In this document: one piece after another, positions 11,045 to 21,249 of the stretch
Position numbering within the stretch: position 1 is the stretch's first letter
Layout of the letters: each line of letters begins with the position of its first letter
Source of the DNA: an uncultured delta proteobacterium
Lineage (GTDB): Bacteria; Desulfobacterota; Binatia; UBA9968
Assembly: GCA_963847445.1 (NCBI GenBank)
Contig: CAWJZV010000042.1
Location: 162,726 to 226,725, forward strand
Direction of reading: 5' to 3'
Length of the DNA stretch: 64,000 nucleotides
Program-made: the position numbers and the translations under genes
The notes under the pieces: generated by a model
Told to the model about the DNA's origin: nothing
Database searches by the model: none
The model's input: only the letters and a program-made list of their open reading frames with translations

Positions 11045-11119
11045 AGATTTCTCAGTCGCTTCGCTTCTTCGAAATGACAGGCGACGCGCGGCTGTCATTT
11101 CGACCCCTGGGAGAAATCT
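11045..11119. repeat. TGTCATTTCGA...GAGAAATCT palindromic repeat pair (second copy near 17755-17850)
   Basis: agatttctc...tcgaaatgaca and tgtcatttcgacccctgggagaaatct; tgtcatttcgaccaaagggagaaatct at 17755. Confidence 0.65.
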
Positions 11120-11156
11120 CTCTGCAATTGGTTCGAACGGTGAATCACCAGCGCCG

Positions 11157-12023
11157 ATGATCTATCTGCTCCTCGCCATCCTCGGCTCCGGCGTCATCCC
11201 GGTGATCTTTCGCGCTTTCGCGGGTTGGCGCGTCAATCTATTCTGGGCGATCCCGATCAATTATGTGACCTGTGTTGTGATCGGCGGTTTCTTAGCCGGG
11301 ACTGGCCTCGACCTTCAGAACCTAATCGGCCAACCCTGGATCTGGCTCGCTGGAGTGCAGGGTTTCTTGCTCGCGGTGAACTTCTTTCTGCTCGCCCACA
11401 CGGCGCAGCGCGCCGGTGTCGCCATCGCCGCCCTGGCGAGCCGCTTGTCGGTGGCGATCCCGTCGGTGCTGGCGTTCGTTCTTTATGGCGATTCGCTGAC
11501 ACCCGTAAAGATTGCCGGATTGTCGGCGGCGCTGGTGGCGCTTTTCCTCTGCACCGCGCCGGATAAAAATAGCGAGAAGCTCAGTTCCAAACTGTTTCAT
11601 CTGTTGCCGCTGCTCGTTTTTGCCACCTTCGGTTGCTACTTCACGATTCTAAAATACTTGCAGACCTACTATCTCGATGGTTCGAATTATCATTCCTATG
11701 TGATGTCGGGATTCCTATTCGCGTTTTTATCGAGCCTTGCCATCGGCTTCGGTAAAGGCGTCATCGTCGCGGCGGAATTCCGCGCCGTTCACGTGGTCGC
11801 CGGACTCGGCCTCGGCCTGGTCAATTACGTGGCGGTCTACTCGCTGCTTCGCATGCTTGCGCTGAAGGGCTGGGAAAGCTCGCAGATCTATCCGATCTAC
11901 AGTGTCGGCGTCGTGGCGGTGAGCACGGTGTTGGCGTTTCTCTGCTTTCGCGAGCGGCTGTCGCGGCAGAAGGCCTTGGGTCTCGGGGTTGGTTTAGCAG
12001 CCGTAGCCTTGCTGAACCGATAG
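11157..12023 (+). CDS. EamA/DMT family transporter
   Basis: About 10 hydrophobic segments in two repeats; FRERLS near the C-terminus. Confidence 0.8.
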   Translation: MIYLLLAILGSGVIPVIFRAFAGWRVNLFWAIPINYVTCVVIGGFLAGTGLDLQNLIGQPWIWLAGVQGFLLAVNFFLLAHTAQRAGVAIAALASRLSVAIPSVLAFVLYGDSLTPVKIAGLSAALVALFLCTAPDKNSEKLSSKLFHLLPLLVFATFGCYFTILKYLQTYYLDGSNYHSYVMSGFLFAFLSSLAIGFGKGVIVAAEFRAVHVVAGLGLGLVNYVAVYSLLRMLALKGWESSQIYPIYSVGVVAVSTVLAFLCFRERLSRQKALGLGVGLAAVALLNR

Positions 12024-12102
12024 AGTCTCGACTCGTGGCTAGTGTTATCGGGTGTAGGGATCGTGGTAGACTGTGTAAGTCGTGAGGGTCGGAGGCAAGA
12101 CC

Positions 12103-12686
12103 ATGTCAAAAGTGGAGAAAGCAAGTTTTACAGCGGCCGAGTACTTGACCATGGAGCGCCAGTCCAGCGAAAAGCATGAGTTTGTTTTCGGCGAAATCTT
12201 CGCGATGACGGGTGCGTCGGCGCGGCATGTCGAGATCGTCGGTAATATTGCTGGCGAATTGCGTAGTCAACTGCGACAACGTCCATGTCGCGTTTATTCG
12301 ACGGATTTGCGGATTTGTATCGATTCGGAACATCGGTACACCTATCCGGATGTGGTCGCGATTTGCAGTCAACCGCAGTTTCTCGACGACACCCTGGATA
12401 CCTTGCTCAACCCGGAGCTCATCGTTGAGGTGCTATCCGAATCGACCCGAAACTACGATCGTGGCGACAAGTTTCAACAGTATCGCGGCATTCCGTCGTT
12501 TCGCGAGTATCTTACTCGTCGATCAAGAAAGAGTTCACGTCGAGCGCTACACCAAGGGAAACGACGGCATCTGGTCGCTTTGGGAAACCGACGTCGATAG
12601 ATGACGTGGTCCGGCTAGACTCAGTCGGCGTCGCGCTGGCGGTCTCGGAGATTTATTTCAAGATCGACTTCGGGCGGCCGCGGTAA
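12103..12686 (+). CDS. Uma2 family (PD-(D/E)XK) endonuclease-like protein (frameshifts near 12515 and 12600)
   Basis: EYLTMER..KHEFVFGEIFAMTGAS..H, YPDV, NPELIVEVLSESTRNYDRGDKF; SD GGAGG. Confidence 0.85.
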
Positions 12687-12746
12687 AATTCCGATCACCT
12701 GAGAAACCAACAAGCCCGCGCACGAACCGCCACGCGACAGCGCAAT

Positions 12747-13181
12747 TTATTTATCGCTCACGTCGATGAAATTTCCATCCGGGTCGGACAACTGGTGCCG
12801 GCCATAGCGGCAGGCTTCTAGCAATCGCAACACGACATGGTGTTCACTGGTGGCATTGGGAGCCTTCGGAGCCATCCATTCAGGGTCCACGGTGGTCAAG
12901 ATCTCAAAATCCTTTTGAAACGTTTCGACACTTTCGACTTTGAAACCGACATGGTCGAGTCCCGGACCCGGGTGTTCGGCATCGTGATAGTCTTCGATCT
13001 TCCACCGCGTCAGGACTAAAGTGATCCTGCCGTCGGTCAGATAACAGTTAGGATCCTCCAGGGCTTTCTCTTCTTCTTGGAACTCGAAAACGTCGACGTA
13101 AAAGCGCGCTAACGCAGCGGGATTGATAGCGCGTATGGTCAGGTGCTTGACGTAGCGATTTTGCTCCCGTTCGGACTCGGC
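12747..13181 (-). pseudogene. C-terminal half of a two-domain VOC/glyoxalase protein; no start codon, absent from ORF track
   Basis: Manual translation: ...RYVKHLTIRAINPAALARFYVDVFEF...YLTDGRITL...GLDHVGFKVESVE...LSDPDGNFIDVSDK*; in-frame TAG directly upstream; aligns with second half of 49780-50596. Confidence 0.75.
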
Positions 13182-13211
13182 CTATACGCTGCCGGCGAGG
13201 TATCCGCTCTG

Positions 13212-14204
13212 CTACTTCAATGTCTCGCCAACCTTGCGGGCAATGCTAAAGTCGAACACTTGCGCCGGCAGCACCGGTTGCTTGGGCTTAATTTGCGCCG
13301 CCGCGTCGGCAATCATTTGGCGTTGAACGTCTTCGCCGACGATGCCGTTTTCCAAGAGTGCCGGGGCGGCGATGTCATAGGTGCGCGCCGCGATCTTTTC
13401 CGGGTCCTTGCCAATGTCCAACCACGGACCTTTGAGGAATTCGATGCCATACTTCCGATCGGACTTGAAGAGCCGGGTTGCTCGCAACATGGCGCGCACG
13501 ACTTTGGTCACCAACTCGGGTTGCTCCGTGAGCATGGCTGTGGTCGTCGCCAGACCGCCTTGCACCGTTTGGTAAACGTCGCCGGCGGACACCAGCTTGC
13601 GGAAGCCTTCGTCCTGGGCCGTAAAGGTTAACGGCATTTGCAGCGGCGCGGCGTCAATGACTTTGGCTTTGAGCGACAAATAAGTAACGTGGCTGGGACC
13701 CGTTGCAAGAATGGCAACTTCCTCGGGGCGGACGTTATTCGCCATAAGAATCCGGCGCGCGAGGATTTCCGCCAGAGAACCGACGCCGCCGGTGCCGATT
13801 TTTTTGCCGCGCAGTTGTTGCACGCTGGTGATATTGGGCTGGACGATTAGATCGAAAGACGGGCGATCGGTAACCGCCAAAATCACTTTGATGTCGGCGC
13901 CTCTCACGGCGGCGCTGACCGCCGATCCGGTTGCCGAGGCGAATTGCGTGCTATTCCCCAACGTTGCTTGAATGGTTTGGATCGCCTGCATGACGATCAG
14001 CTCAACATCCAAACCTTCTTCGCGGAAGAAGCCGCGTTCCTTGGCCACGAAGAAGGGCATGGAAGTCGTGCTTCGCGCGGCCAAGCCCATGCGGATGCGG
14101 GTAAGCTTCTCGGTGCCATCGGCTGAATGGGCCGCGTTGGCCATAGAGCAGATGAATGTAAGGGAGACTAGAGAAAGAGTGGCGAATCGTCTTAGCTTCG
14201 TCAT
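13212..14204 (-). CDS. NMT1/THI5/SsuA-type ABC substrate-binding protein
   Basis: Signal peptide, VAKERGFFREEGLDVEL, QLRGKKIG; intact. Confidence 0.85.
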   Translation of the reverse strand: MTKLRRFATLSLVSLTFICSMANAAHSADGTEKLTRIRMGLAARSTTSMPFFVAKERGFFREEGLDVELIVMQAIQTIQATLGNSTQFASATGSAVSAAVRGADIKVILAVTDRPSFDLIVQPNITSVQQLRGKKIGTGGVGSLAEILARRILMANNVRPEEVAILATGPSHVTYLSLKAKVIDAAPLQMPLTFTAQDEGFRKLVSAGDVYQTVQGGLATTTAMLTEQPELVTKVVRAMLRATRLFKSDRKYGIEFLKGPWLDIGKDPEKIAARTYDIAAPALLENGIVGEDVQRQMIADAAAQIKPKQPVLPAQVFDFSIARKVGETLK

Positions 14205-14333
14205 CGCGTCCTTCTTTCGCTTACGTCGATTCCTTCAGTCCAATGGCCTCCGATCGACGGATCGGCAAATTCCGCGCTCTTGCAATAGCCGGGTTGCCCC
14301 GGCGCGCTTCACAGATGAAGCTTGGCAATGCGA

Positions 14334-14951
14334 CTAGCCATCCGAGCTCTGAGCTGCCGGCTCCTTCAAGACATGCTCGATCAGCCGCTTTAACTCCTCA
14401 TAGGGCTGGGCGCCGACCATCAAATATTTGCCGGCCAGAAACGTCGGCACGCCGTTGACGCCGAAGGCGGCGCAGCGTTTCCAGTCCTCGTCGACGGCGT
14501 CTTTGTATTTGCGGCTGAGCAAGACTTCGGTGGCTTCGTCTTTCGGCAAGTCATTCTGCTCGGCGATTTGCGCCAGCACGTCGACCTTGCCGATATTCTT
14601 CACGTCGACGAAGTAGGCGCGGAACAGCGCGTTGGCGACTTCTTCGGCTTTGCCTTTGGTTGCCGCCCAGGTGGCGAGTTCTTGAGCGAGGCGGCTGTTG
14701 AAGGACATGTTGCGTTCGGCGTTGAACGGCAAGCCTTCGCGCTCCATGTTTACTTTCATCCGGCCGTTGCGGGCGATGATCTCTGGGCCGCGCACGCTGC
14801 CTTCTTCCGGCGTCTCAGGGTGGAGCGGAAAGTTGGTGAATTTGATGCCTAGACCGTATTCGTTCTTGAGTTTCTCGACACGCCCGGTGACGAGGTAGCA
14901 CCAGGGTCAAACGAAGTCGGAAAAGATTTCCAATACTAATGGTTCAGCCAT
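14334..14951 (-). CDS. DsbA/FrnE-family thiol oxidoreductase, selenoprotein (U-P-W-C motif, TGA at 14907-14909)
   Basis: GGAGG SD then MAEPLVLEIFSDFV-TGA-PWCYL...FPLHPETPEEG in frame with ORF 14334-14795 (GVNGVPTF, GAQP); TGA occupies the first Cys of CPWC. Confidence 0.9.
14874..14894 (-). promoter_or_regulatory. Candidate bacterial SECIS hairpin
   Basis: CTCGTCAC-CGGGC-GTGTCGAG beginning 12 nt after the in-frame TGA. Confidence 0.65.
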
Positions 14952-15090
14952 AAAACCTCCGTTCAAATCGTTCAATAAGTTCTAGGTTCAAGGGTACAAG
15001 CGGATTCTATGGTTGTTGATTGGCGGAAGTCAAAGACTATTTCGCCGGTTAATTTGACATTGTTGCGCTGGCTCGGATAGTTTCAATGCG

Positions 15091-15887
15091 ATGCCATTCT
15101 TGCAAATCGGTAACTCTGTTCATCACTATCAAGCGCACGGGCCAAAAGAGCAGCCCGCGGTGGTGTTCTCCAACTCGCTCGGCAGCGACCTGCGCATCTG
15201 GGACGGGGTGGCGGCGCGCTTGTTGCCGCATTGCCACGTGGTTCGTTACGACTTGCGCGGCCATGGCTTGTCGGAGGCTCCTACGCCACCGTATTCGGCA
15301 GTGGATTTGGCGGGCGACGTAGTCGCGCTTACTCGATGCGTTGGAAATTCGTGACGCAGTGGTGTGCGGCGTGTCGGTTGGCGGTGTGATCGCTCAGGCG
15401 GTGGCGCTGAATCATCCCGAGCGCGTGCGCGCTCTGGTGCTATCCGATACCGGCGCGCGCATTGGCAGCGGCGGAGGCTTGGCAGCAGCGTATCGACAAG
15501 GTGCGCGCCGATGGCGTCGATTCTCTAGTGCAGATGACCATGGAGCGTTGGTTCTCCGCCGGCTTTCGCGAGCAATGCCCGGCCGATATTCGCGGCTATT
15601 CGCTGATGCTGCGGCAAACTTCGGCGGACGGCTATATCGGCACCTGCGCGGCGTTGCGCGATGCGGATTTTCGCTCGGCCGTGGCGCAGATCAAGCAGCC
15701 GACGCTGGTGCTCTGCGGCGCCGAAGATATTGCCACGCCGCCGGAACTTGGCCGCGAGCTGGCGGGCTTGATTCCAGGCGCGCAGTTTTCTCTGATCGAA
15801 AAGGCGGCTCATTTGCCCTGTGTCGAACAACCGGATGCGGTTGCCGAGCGCATGATGCAATTTTTCCGGGAGGTGGACATTGTCTGA
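15091..15887 (+). CDS. pcaD: 3-oxoadipate enol-lactonase (two indels)
   Basis: VFSNSLGSDLRIWD, RYDLRGHG, GVSVGG nucleophile motif, AAHLPCVEQP; pca context. Confidence 0.9.
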
Positions 15888-16266
15888 CGAGCTATTCGAC
15901 AAAGGTATGGCAATGCGCAAAGCGGTGTTCGGTGAGGAATACGTCGCGCGCGCGGAGGCAAATAAGACCGACTTCGACGCCGACTGGCAACGCTACGTCA
16001 CCGAACACGCTTGGGCCGCGGTGTGGACCCGGCCGGGGCTGGAAAAGCGCACGCGCAGCATGCTGACCATCGCCATGCTCGCGTCGTTGGGCCGGCTCGA
16101 CGAACTCGGCGCGCATATCCGCGCGACGCGCAACACCGGCGTGACCAAAGAGGAAGTCAAAGAAGTATTGCTGCAAGTCGCGGTCTACGCCGGCGCGCCG
16201 GCGGCGAATTCGGCGTTTGCCATCGCCAAGCGGGTCTACAAAGAAATGGAAAGGGAGAAGAAATAA
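15880..16266 (+). CDS. pcaC: 4-carboxymuconolactone decarboxylase
   Basis: GMAMRKAVFG..YV, AWAAVWTRPGL, EVLLQVAVYAGAPAANSAF. Confidence 0.9.
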   Translation: MSDELFDKGMAMRKAVFGEEYVARAEANKTDFDADWQRYVTEHAWAAVWTRPGLEKRTRSMLTIAMLASLGRLDELGAHIRATRNTGVTKEEVKEVLLQVAVYAGAPAANSAFAIAKRVYKEMEREKK

Positions 16267-16271
16267 GACTA

Positions 16272-16356
16272 TTTACCACGAAGACGCGAAGAACACGAAG
16301 TTCGGAGAATCTTTTCCCAGAACCTTCGTGCTCTTCGTGGACACTTCGTGGTGAAA
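16272..16356. repeat. Inverted pair of 9-nt-period CACGAAG repeats inside the pca cluster
   Basis: tttaccacgaagacgcgaagaacacgaag ... cttcgtgctcttcgtggacacttcgtggtgaaa. Confidence 0.8.
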
Positions 16357-16381
16357 TCATTTCAGATCGAGGCAGGCTGTT

Positions 16382-17099
16382 ATGATGAACATCAAACCCT
16401 ACAATCCGCGCGACTGGCGCTCCCATCCGCCTTACAGTTTCAAAGCCTACGGTTCGTCGGTTAAACGCGGGCCGCTCAAGAGGTTGGTGCCGCTCAAGCA
16501 AACCTTGTCGGAGATCACCGGGCCGTTGTTCAGCGATATCAAACTGGCGCCGGGCGAGAACGATCTCACGCGCAACGCCGACACCGGCAAGGAAGCGATG
16601 GGCGAGCGCATCATCGTCGTCGGCCGGGTGTTGGACGAAGATGACAAGCCGGTGCCCAATACGCTGATCGAGATTTGGCAGGCCAACGCCGCTGGGCGCT
16701 ATCATCATCCGGTGGACCAACACAACGCGCCGCTCGATCCGAACTTCACCGGCGCCGGGCGCTGCGTGACCAATGACAAGGGCGAGTACCGTTATCTTGA
16801 CGATCAAGCCCGGCGCTTATCCCTGGTTGAATCACCGCAACGCCTGGCGGCCGGCGCATATTCACCTGTCGTTGTTCGGGCCAAGCTTCGTCACCCGGCT
16901 GGTGACGCAGTTTTTCTTTCCCGGCGATCCGCTGATCCCGCTCGATCCGATTTTCAATTCGGTGCCGACCAAGAGCGGCCGGGAGCGGCTGATGGCGAGC
17001 TATGCCCATGACGTCACCGAACCGGAGTTCGCCTTGGGTTATCGTTTCGACATCGTGCTGCGCGGACGCAAAGCCACGCCATTCGAGGGGCCGCAATGA
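16382..17099 (+). CDS. pcaH: Protocatechuate 3,4-dioxygenase beta subunit (indel near 16795)
   Basis: TLSEITGP, EIWQANAAGRYHH, PLDPNF, TIKPGAYPW..H.NAWRPAHIHLS with Fe-ligand Tyr/His residues. Confidence 0.95.
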
Positions 17100-17668
17100 G
17101 CAAGCAAACACCTTCGCAAACCGTCGGTCCGTTCTACGCCATCGGCTTGACGCGCCAACCGATGAACGTGATGGCGAAGGAATCGACCCAAGGCCAGCGC
17201 ATTCGCATCGAGGGGCAGGTCTTCGACGGCGACGGCGTGGCGATTCCCGATGTCATGGTGGAGATCTGGCAAGCCAACGCCTACGGCCGCTACAATCACC
17301 CGGATGACAAGCAAGAGAAACCGCTCGATCCGACGTTTACCGGCTGGGGCCGTTCCGGCACTGACGAGAAATGTTTTTATAGTTTCGAAACCATCAAGCC
17401 CGGTCCGGTTCCGGGCAGCGACGATACAGTCCAAGCGCCGCATGTCAACGTCGTGATCTTTGCCCGCGGCATGTTGGTGCATGCTTATACGCGGATTTAC
17501 TTCGACGACGAAGCCGCGAACGCCAACGATCCGGTGCTGCTATCGATCAAGAACAAGGCGCGACGCCAGACGTTGATCGCGGCGCGCGGCGAGCGGGACG
17601 GCAAGACCGTCTACCGTTTCGACATTCGGCTGCAGGGCGGAAACGAGACGGTTTTCTTCGATATGTGA
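17096..17668 (+). CDS. pcaG: Protocatechuate 3,4-dioxygenase alpha subunit
   Basis: TPSQTVGPFY, EIWQAN, QAPHVNVVIFARG, YRFDIRLQG..ETVFFD; ATGA overlap with pcaH. Confidence 0.95.
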   Translation: MSKQTPSQTVGPFYAIGLTRQPMNVMAKESTQGQRIRIEGQVFDGDGVAIPDVMVEIWQANAYGRYNHPDDKQEKPLDPTFTGWGRSGTDEKCFYSFETIKPGPVPGSDDTVQAPHVNVVIFARGMLVHAYTRIYFDDEAANANDPVLLSIKNKARRQTLIAARGERDGKTVYRFDIRLQGGNETVFFDM

Positions 17669-17905
17669 GGAACGCGTGTTTGGAGTGATGGAGTTTGGGA
17701 AACGACGGCTCGCTTATCAGCGTATTGTTACGCAGCTTTCGTGAGCCGTCTTTCTGTCATTTCGACCAAAGGGAGAAATCTTTCTCTTGTACGGTCAGTC
17801 GAAATCGTTGCGGCAACCGAAGATCGATTCTTCCGTTCGTTCGGAAGGACGAGAAGGCAGGACAGGAATCACTAGTTTTAGATCGTAGCTTCTAAACCAC
17901 AACGC

Positions 17906-19277
17906 ATGACCTACGTCCGCTCGATTCAACTATTTTCGGTCCGTTGTTCGGCGACTGAGGAAATTAACGGCCTCTTCAGCGATCAAGCCTATGTTCGCGC
18001 GCTAGTGGACGTGGAGATTGCCCTGGCCCGCGCCGAGGCGCTGCGTCGGAGTCATTCCAGCCACAGCGGCAGAGCAGATCGCTGCGGTGAAAGCCGACAA
18101 GATCGATGTTGCCGCACTCACCAAGGGAACGCTTCGTTCCGGCTTTCCGATCATCGCTCTGGTGCAGGAGCTGCGAAAGCACGTGAGCGCCGACGCGGCG
18201 CCGTACATTCACTGGGGCGCGACGACGCAGGATATCATGGACACGGCCAGCGTGTTGCAGCTGCGCGCGGCGATTCAAATGATTGCGCAGACGCATGACG
18301 GCGAGATCGCGCGGCCATTGGCTGCGCTGGCCGAGAAGCATCGTTCGACTGTTCTGGCCGGGCGCACCCATAGCCAGCAGGCGTTGCCGATCACCTTCGG
18401 TTTGAAGGCGGCGGGTTGGTTGGCGCCGCTGTTGCGCCATGCTTGAGCGATTGGCGGAAATCGAACCGCGGTTGCTGGTCGTGCAATTTGGCGGCGCGGC
18501 GGGAACCTTGGCGGCGCTTGGCGATAAAGGTTTGGCGGTCATGCAAGCGTTGGCCAACGAATTGAAGCTGGCCGTACGCCGGTGATGCCGTGGCATACGC
18601 AGCGCGATAGCTTCGTCGAGTTTGCCGGCTGGCTCAGTCTGGTTACAGGGTCGCTCGCCAAGATGGCGCAGGATGTTATTCTCATGGCGCAGACCGAAGT
18701 GGCAGAGGTCGGCGAGTCGGCGGAGGCAAGGGCGCGGCGGCAGCAGCACCATGCCGCAGAAGTCCAATCCGATCACCAGCGAGTTGATTCGTCGCCGCGG
18801 CGCGCATCAACGCTCGTTGCTTTCGGCGCTGCACAACGCGCAGATTCAGGAACACGAGCGCGGCACGCATGGCTGGCAGGTGGAGTGGTTGACGTTGCCG
18901 CAGATGATCACGCTCACCGGCGGCGCGTTGAAACATGCGGTTTATCTGGCTAAGAATTTGCAAGTCGACGCAGCCGCGATGCGGGCGAATATTTCCAGCG
19001 CCAACGATGTGATTCTCGCCGAAGCGGCGGTGTTCGCGTTGGCTAATGCGATGCCACGGCCGCAGGCCGAAGAGCTGGTCAAGAAGGCATGTGTTATCGC
19101 CGTGGCTGAAAATAAGCCGCTAATCGAGATTGTCAGAGCGATTGGCCGGCGATTCGATTATGAGGTGCGGTCGACTGGCAGGCGTTGGCGAGACCGGATA
19201 ATTATCTCGGCGAGAGCGATAAAATTATCGACCGAGTGCTCAAAGGTTCAACTAAAAAAAGCGGGCGGGTTTTCTAA
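17906..19277 (+). CDS. pcaB: 3-carboxy-cis,cis-muconate cycloisomerase (several indels; end approximate)
   Basis: HWGATTQDIMDTA, GRTHSQQALPITFG, QFGGAAGTL, GGSSTMPQKSNP fumarate-lyase signature, QEHERG..WQVEW. Confidence 0.85.
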
Positions 19278-19334
19278 CCCACCGAAAGAACGCGGACACT
19301 GATGTCCGCCCTCCGAGATTTCAACCGAGACGCT

Positions 19335-20267
19335 ATGAACAAACCTCAAAAAGCCGATAAACTCACTACCATGCGGGAAGCCATCGCTGCCTACGTCGGC
19401 GACGGCTGCTCGCTGGCGATCGAAGGATTCACCGGATTCATTTCATTCGCCGCGGGCCACGAGATCATCCGCCAGAAGCGCCAGGGTCTCACTTTGATCC
19501 GCATGACACCAGACCTGATCTACGATCAGATGATCGCCGCCGGCACGGCGAAGAAGTTAATCTTCAGCTACATGGGCAACCCCGGTGTCGGCTCGCTTTA
19601 CTGCGTCCGCCGCGCGGTGGAAAAATCTATTCCTCGGCCCGCTGGAATGGGAGGAGTATTCGCACTACGGGTTGGTGGGGCGCTATGCGGCGGGAGCGTC
19701 GCGGGCGCCGTTTTTTCCGCTGCGCAGTTATATCGGCTCGGAAATGCTGGAGGTCAATCCGCTGATCAAATTGATCGACGATCCCTACGGCACTGGCAAG
19801 ATCGCGGTGGTGCCGCCGCTCAATCCCGACGTGGCGATTCTCCACGCTCAGCGCGCGGACCGGCGCGGCAACACGCAACTGTGGGGCCTGCTGGGCATGC
19901 AAAAAGAAGTGGCGTTTGCCGCCAAGCATGTGATCATCGTGGTGGAAGAAATCGTCGATGAATCGGTGATTCGCGCCGATCCCAACCGCACTTTGATTCC
20001 CGGCCTGATCGTCGATGCGGTGGTGCACGAGCCCTACGGCGCGCACCCATCCTACGTCCAGGGTTATTACGACCGGGACAACGAATCTTATCTTACCTGG
20101 GACAAGCTTTCTCAGGATCACGGGGCGGAATGGCGTGGCTCGACGAATGGGTTTACGGCTTGGAGAATCACGCCGCCTACGTGCGGAAATTGGGTCAAGC
20201 TTATTTCGACAGGCTCAAGCCGGAGCCATTGCCGGCGCCCTCGGTGGACTACGGGAGGTATCGATGA
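19335..20267 (+). CDS. CoA transferase subunit A (GctA/CatI-type; probably 3-oxoadipate CoA transferase)
   Basis: EGFTGFISFAAGHEIIRQ, RMTPDLIYDQ, GNPGVGSL, GAHPSYVQGYYDRDN. Confidence 0.85.
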
Positions 20268-21031
20268 GCGAAGTCACTTACACCGATTCCGAGATGATGA
20301 TCGCGGTGGCGGCGCGCATGTTGAAAGGAGCGCGCACGGTTTTCGTCGGCGTCGGTCTGCCCAATGTCGCCTGCAACCTGGCGCGCTACACGGTCGCGCC
20401 TGACTTGGAGTTGATTTACGAATCCGGCGTCTACGGCGCACGTCCGGAGCGGCTGCCGCTTTCGATCGGCGATCCCACCTTGGTCAGCGGAGCGACCTCG
20501 GTGGTCTCCATGGCGGATCTGTTTGGCTTGTACCTGCAAGGGGGGCTGGTCGAGATCGCGCTGCTCGGCGGCGCCCAGATCGACCGCTACGGCAATCTCA
20601 ACTCCACGGTCATCGGCGACTATAGCAAACCGAAGACGCGACTGCCGGGCAGCGGCGGCGCCTTAGAAATCGCTACCAACGCGCAACGCACGTTCATGAT
20701 CATGCGTCTTAAGCGTCGCGCGTTCGTCGGCAAGCTCGATTTTCTCACCAGCCCAGGCCACTTGACCGGTGGTGACAGCCGCGCTCGGTTGGGCTTGCCC
20801 GGCGGCGGGCCGGAAATCGTGATTACCGACAAAGCTGTCTTGAATTTTGCCAACCCGGAGCGCGAAATGCAGCTTAGCGCACTCTATCCAGGCGTGACGG
20901 CAGAAGACGTGCAGGCCGAGGTCGGCTGGCCGCTGCGTTTAGCCGAGACGATCGAAGAAATCACCGCGCCGACGAGTGCAGAGCTGCATTTGATCCGCGA
21001 CGAAGTCGACCCCGATGCTATGTACCGTTGA
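20264..21031 (+). CDS. CoA transferase subunit B (GctB/CatJ-type)
   Basis: VFVGVGLP, LIYESG, LGGAQIDRYGNLNSTVIG, RLPGSGGA; ATGA overlap. Confidence 0.85.
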   Translation: MSEVTYTDSEMMIAVAARMLKGARTVFVGVGLPNVACNLARYTVAPDLELIYESGVYGARPERLPLSIGDPTLVSGATSVVSMADLFGLYLQGGLVEIALLGGAQIDRYGNLNSTVIGDYSKPKTRLPGSGGALEIATNAQRTFMIMRLKRRAFVGKLDFLTSPGHLTGGDSRARLGLPGGGPEIVITDKAVLNFANPEREMQLSALYPGVTAEDVQAEVGWPLRLAETIEEITAPTSAELHLIRDEVDPDAMYR

Positions 21032-21080
21032 AAACGAAAACAGCCACTGAAACATTTTGCTGATTTCACGATCTGCGGCG

Positions 21081-21161
21081 CGGCGCGGCGATGAGAATAC
21101 TTCCTCGGAGGAAGTGGATCGCGTGCTCAATTCTCATCCGCAGGTCGCCGAGTCGGCGGCG
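21081..21161 (+). pseudogene. Short remnant of an acyl-CoA synthetase (AMP-binding) C-terminal domain
   Basis: Reads RRGDENTSSEEVDRVLNSHPQVAESAA, matching the RRGENISxxEVExVLxxHPxVAExA motif. Confidence 0.5.
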
Positions 21162-21249
21162 TCCATCCGACCGACCTGACGCAGGTCTCTGCGGGGTCGT
21201 CGTTCGCGACGGCGCGGCTAACCGAGCAATCACAGATTGAGCAGGATCG

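Noticed and set aside
18444-18446. Selenocysteine TGA in pcaB
   Set aside because: Homology resumes in another frame and the position is not a Cys site
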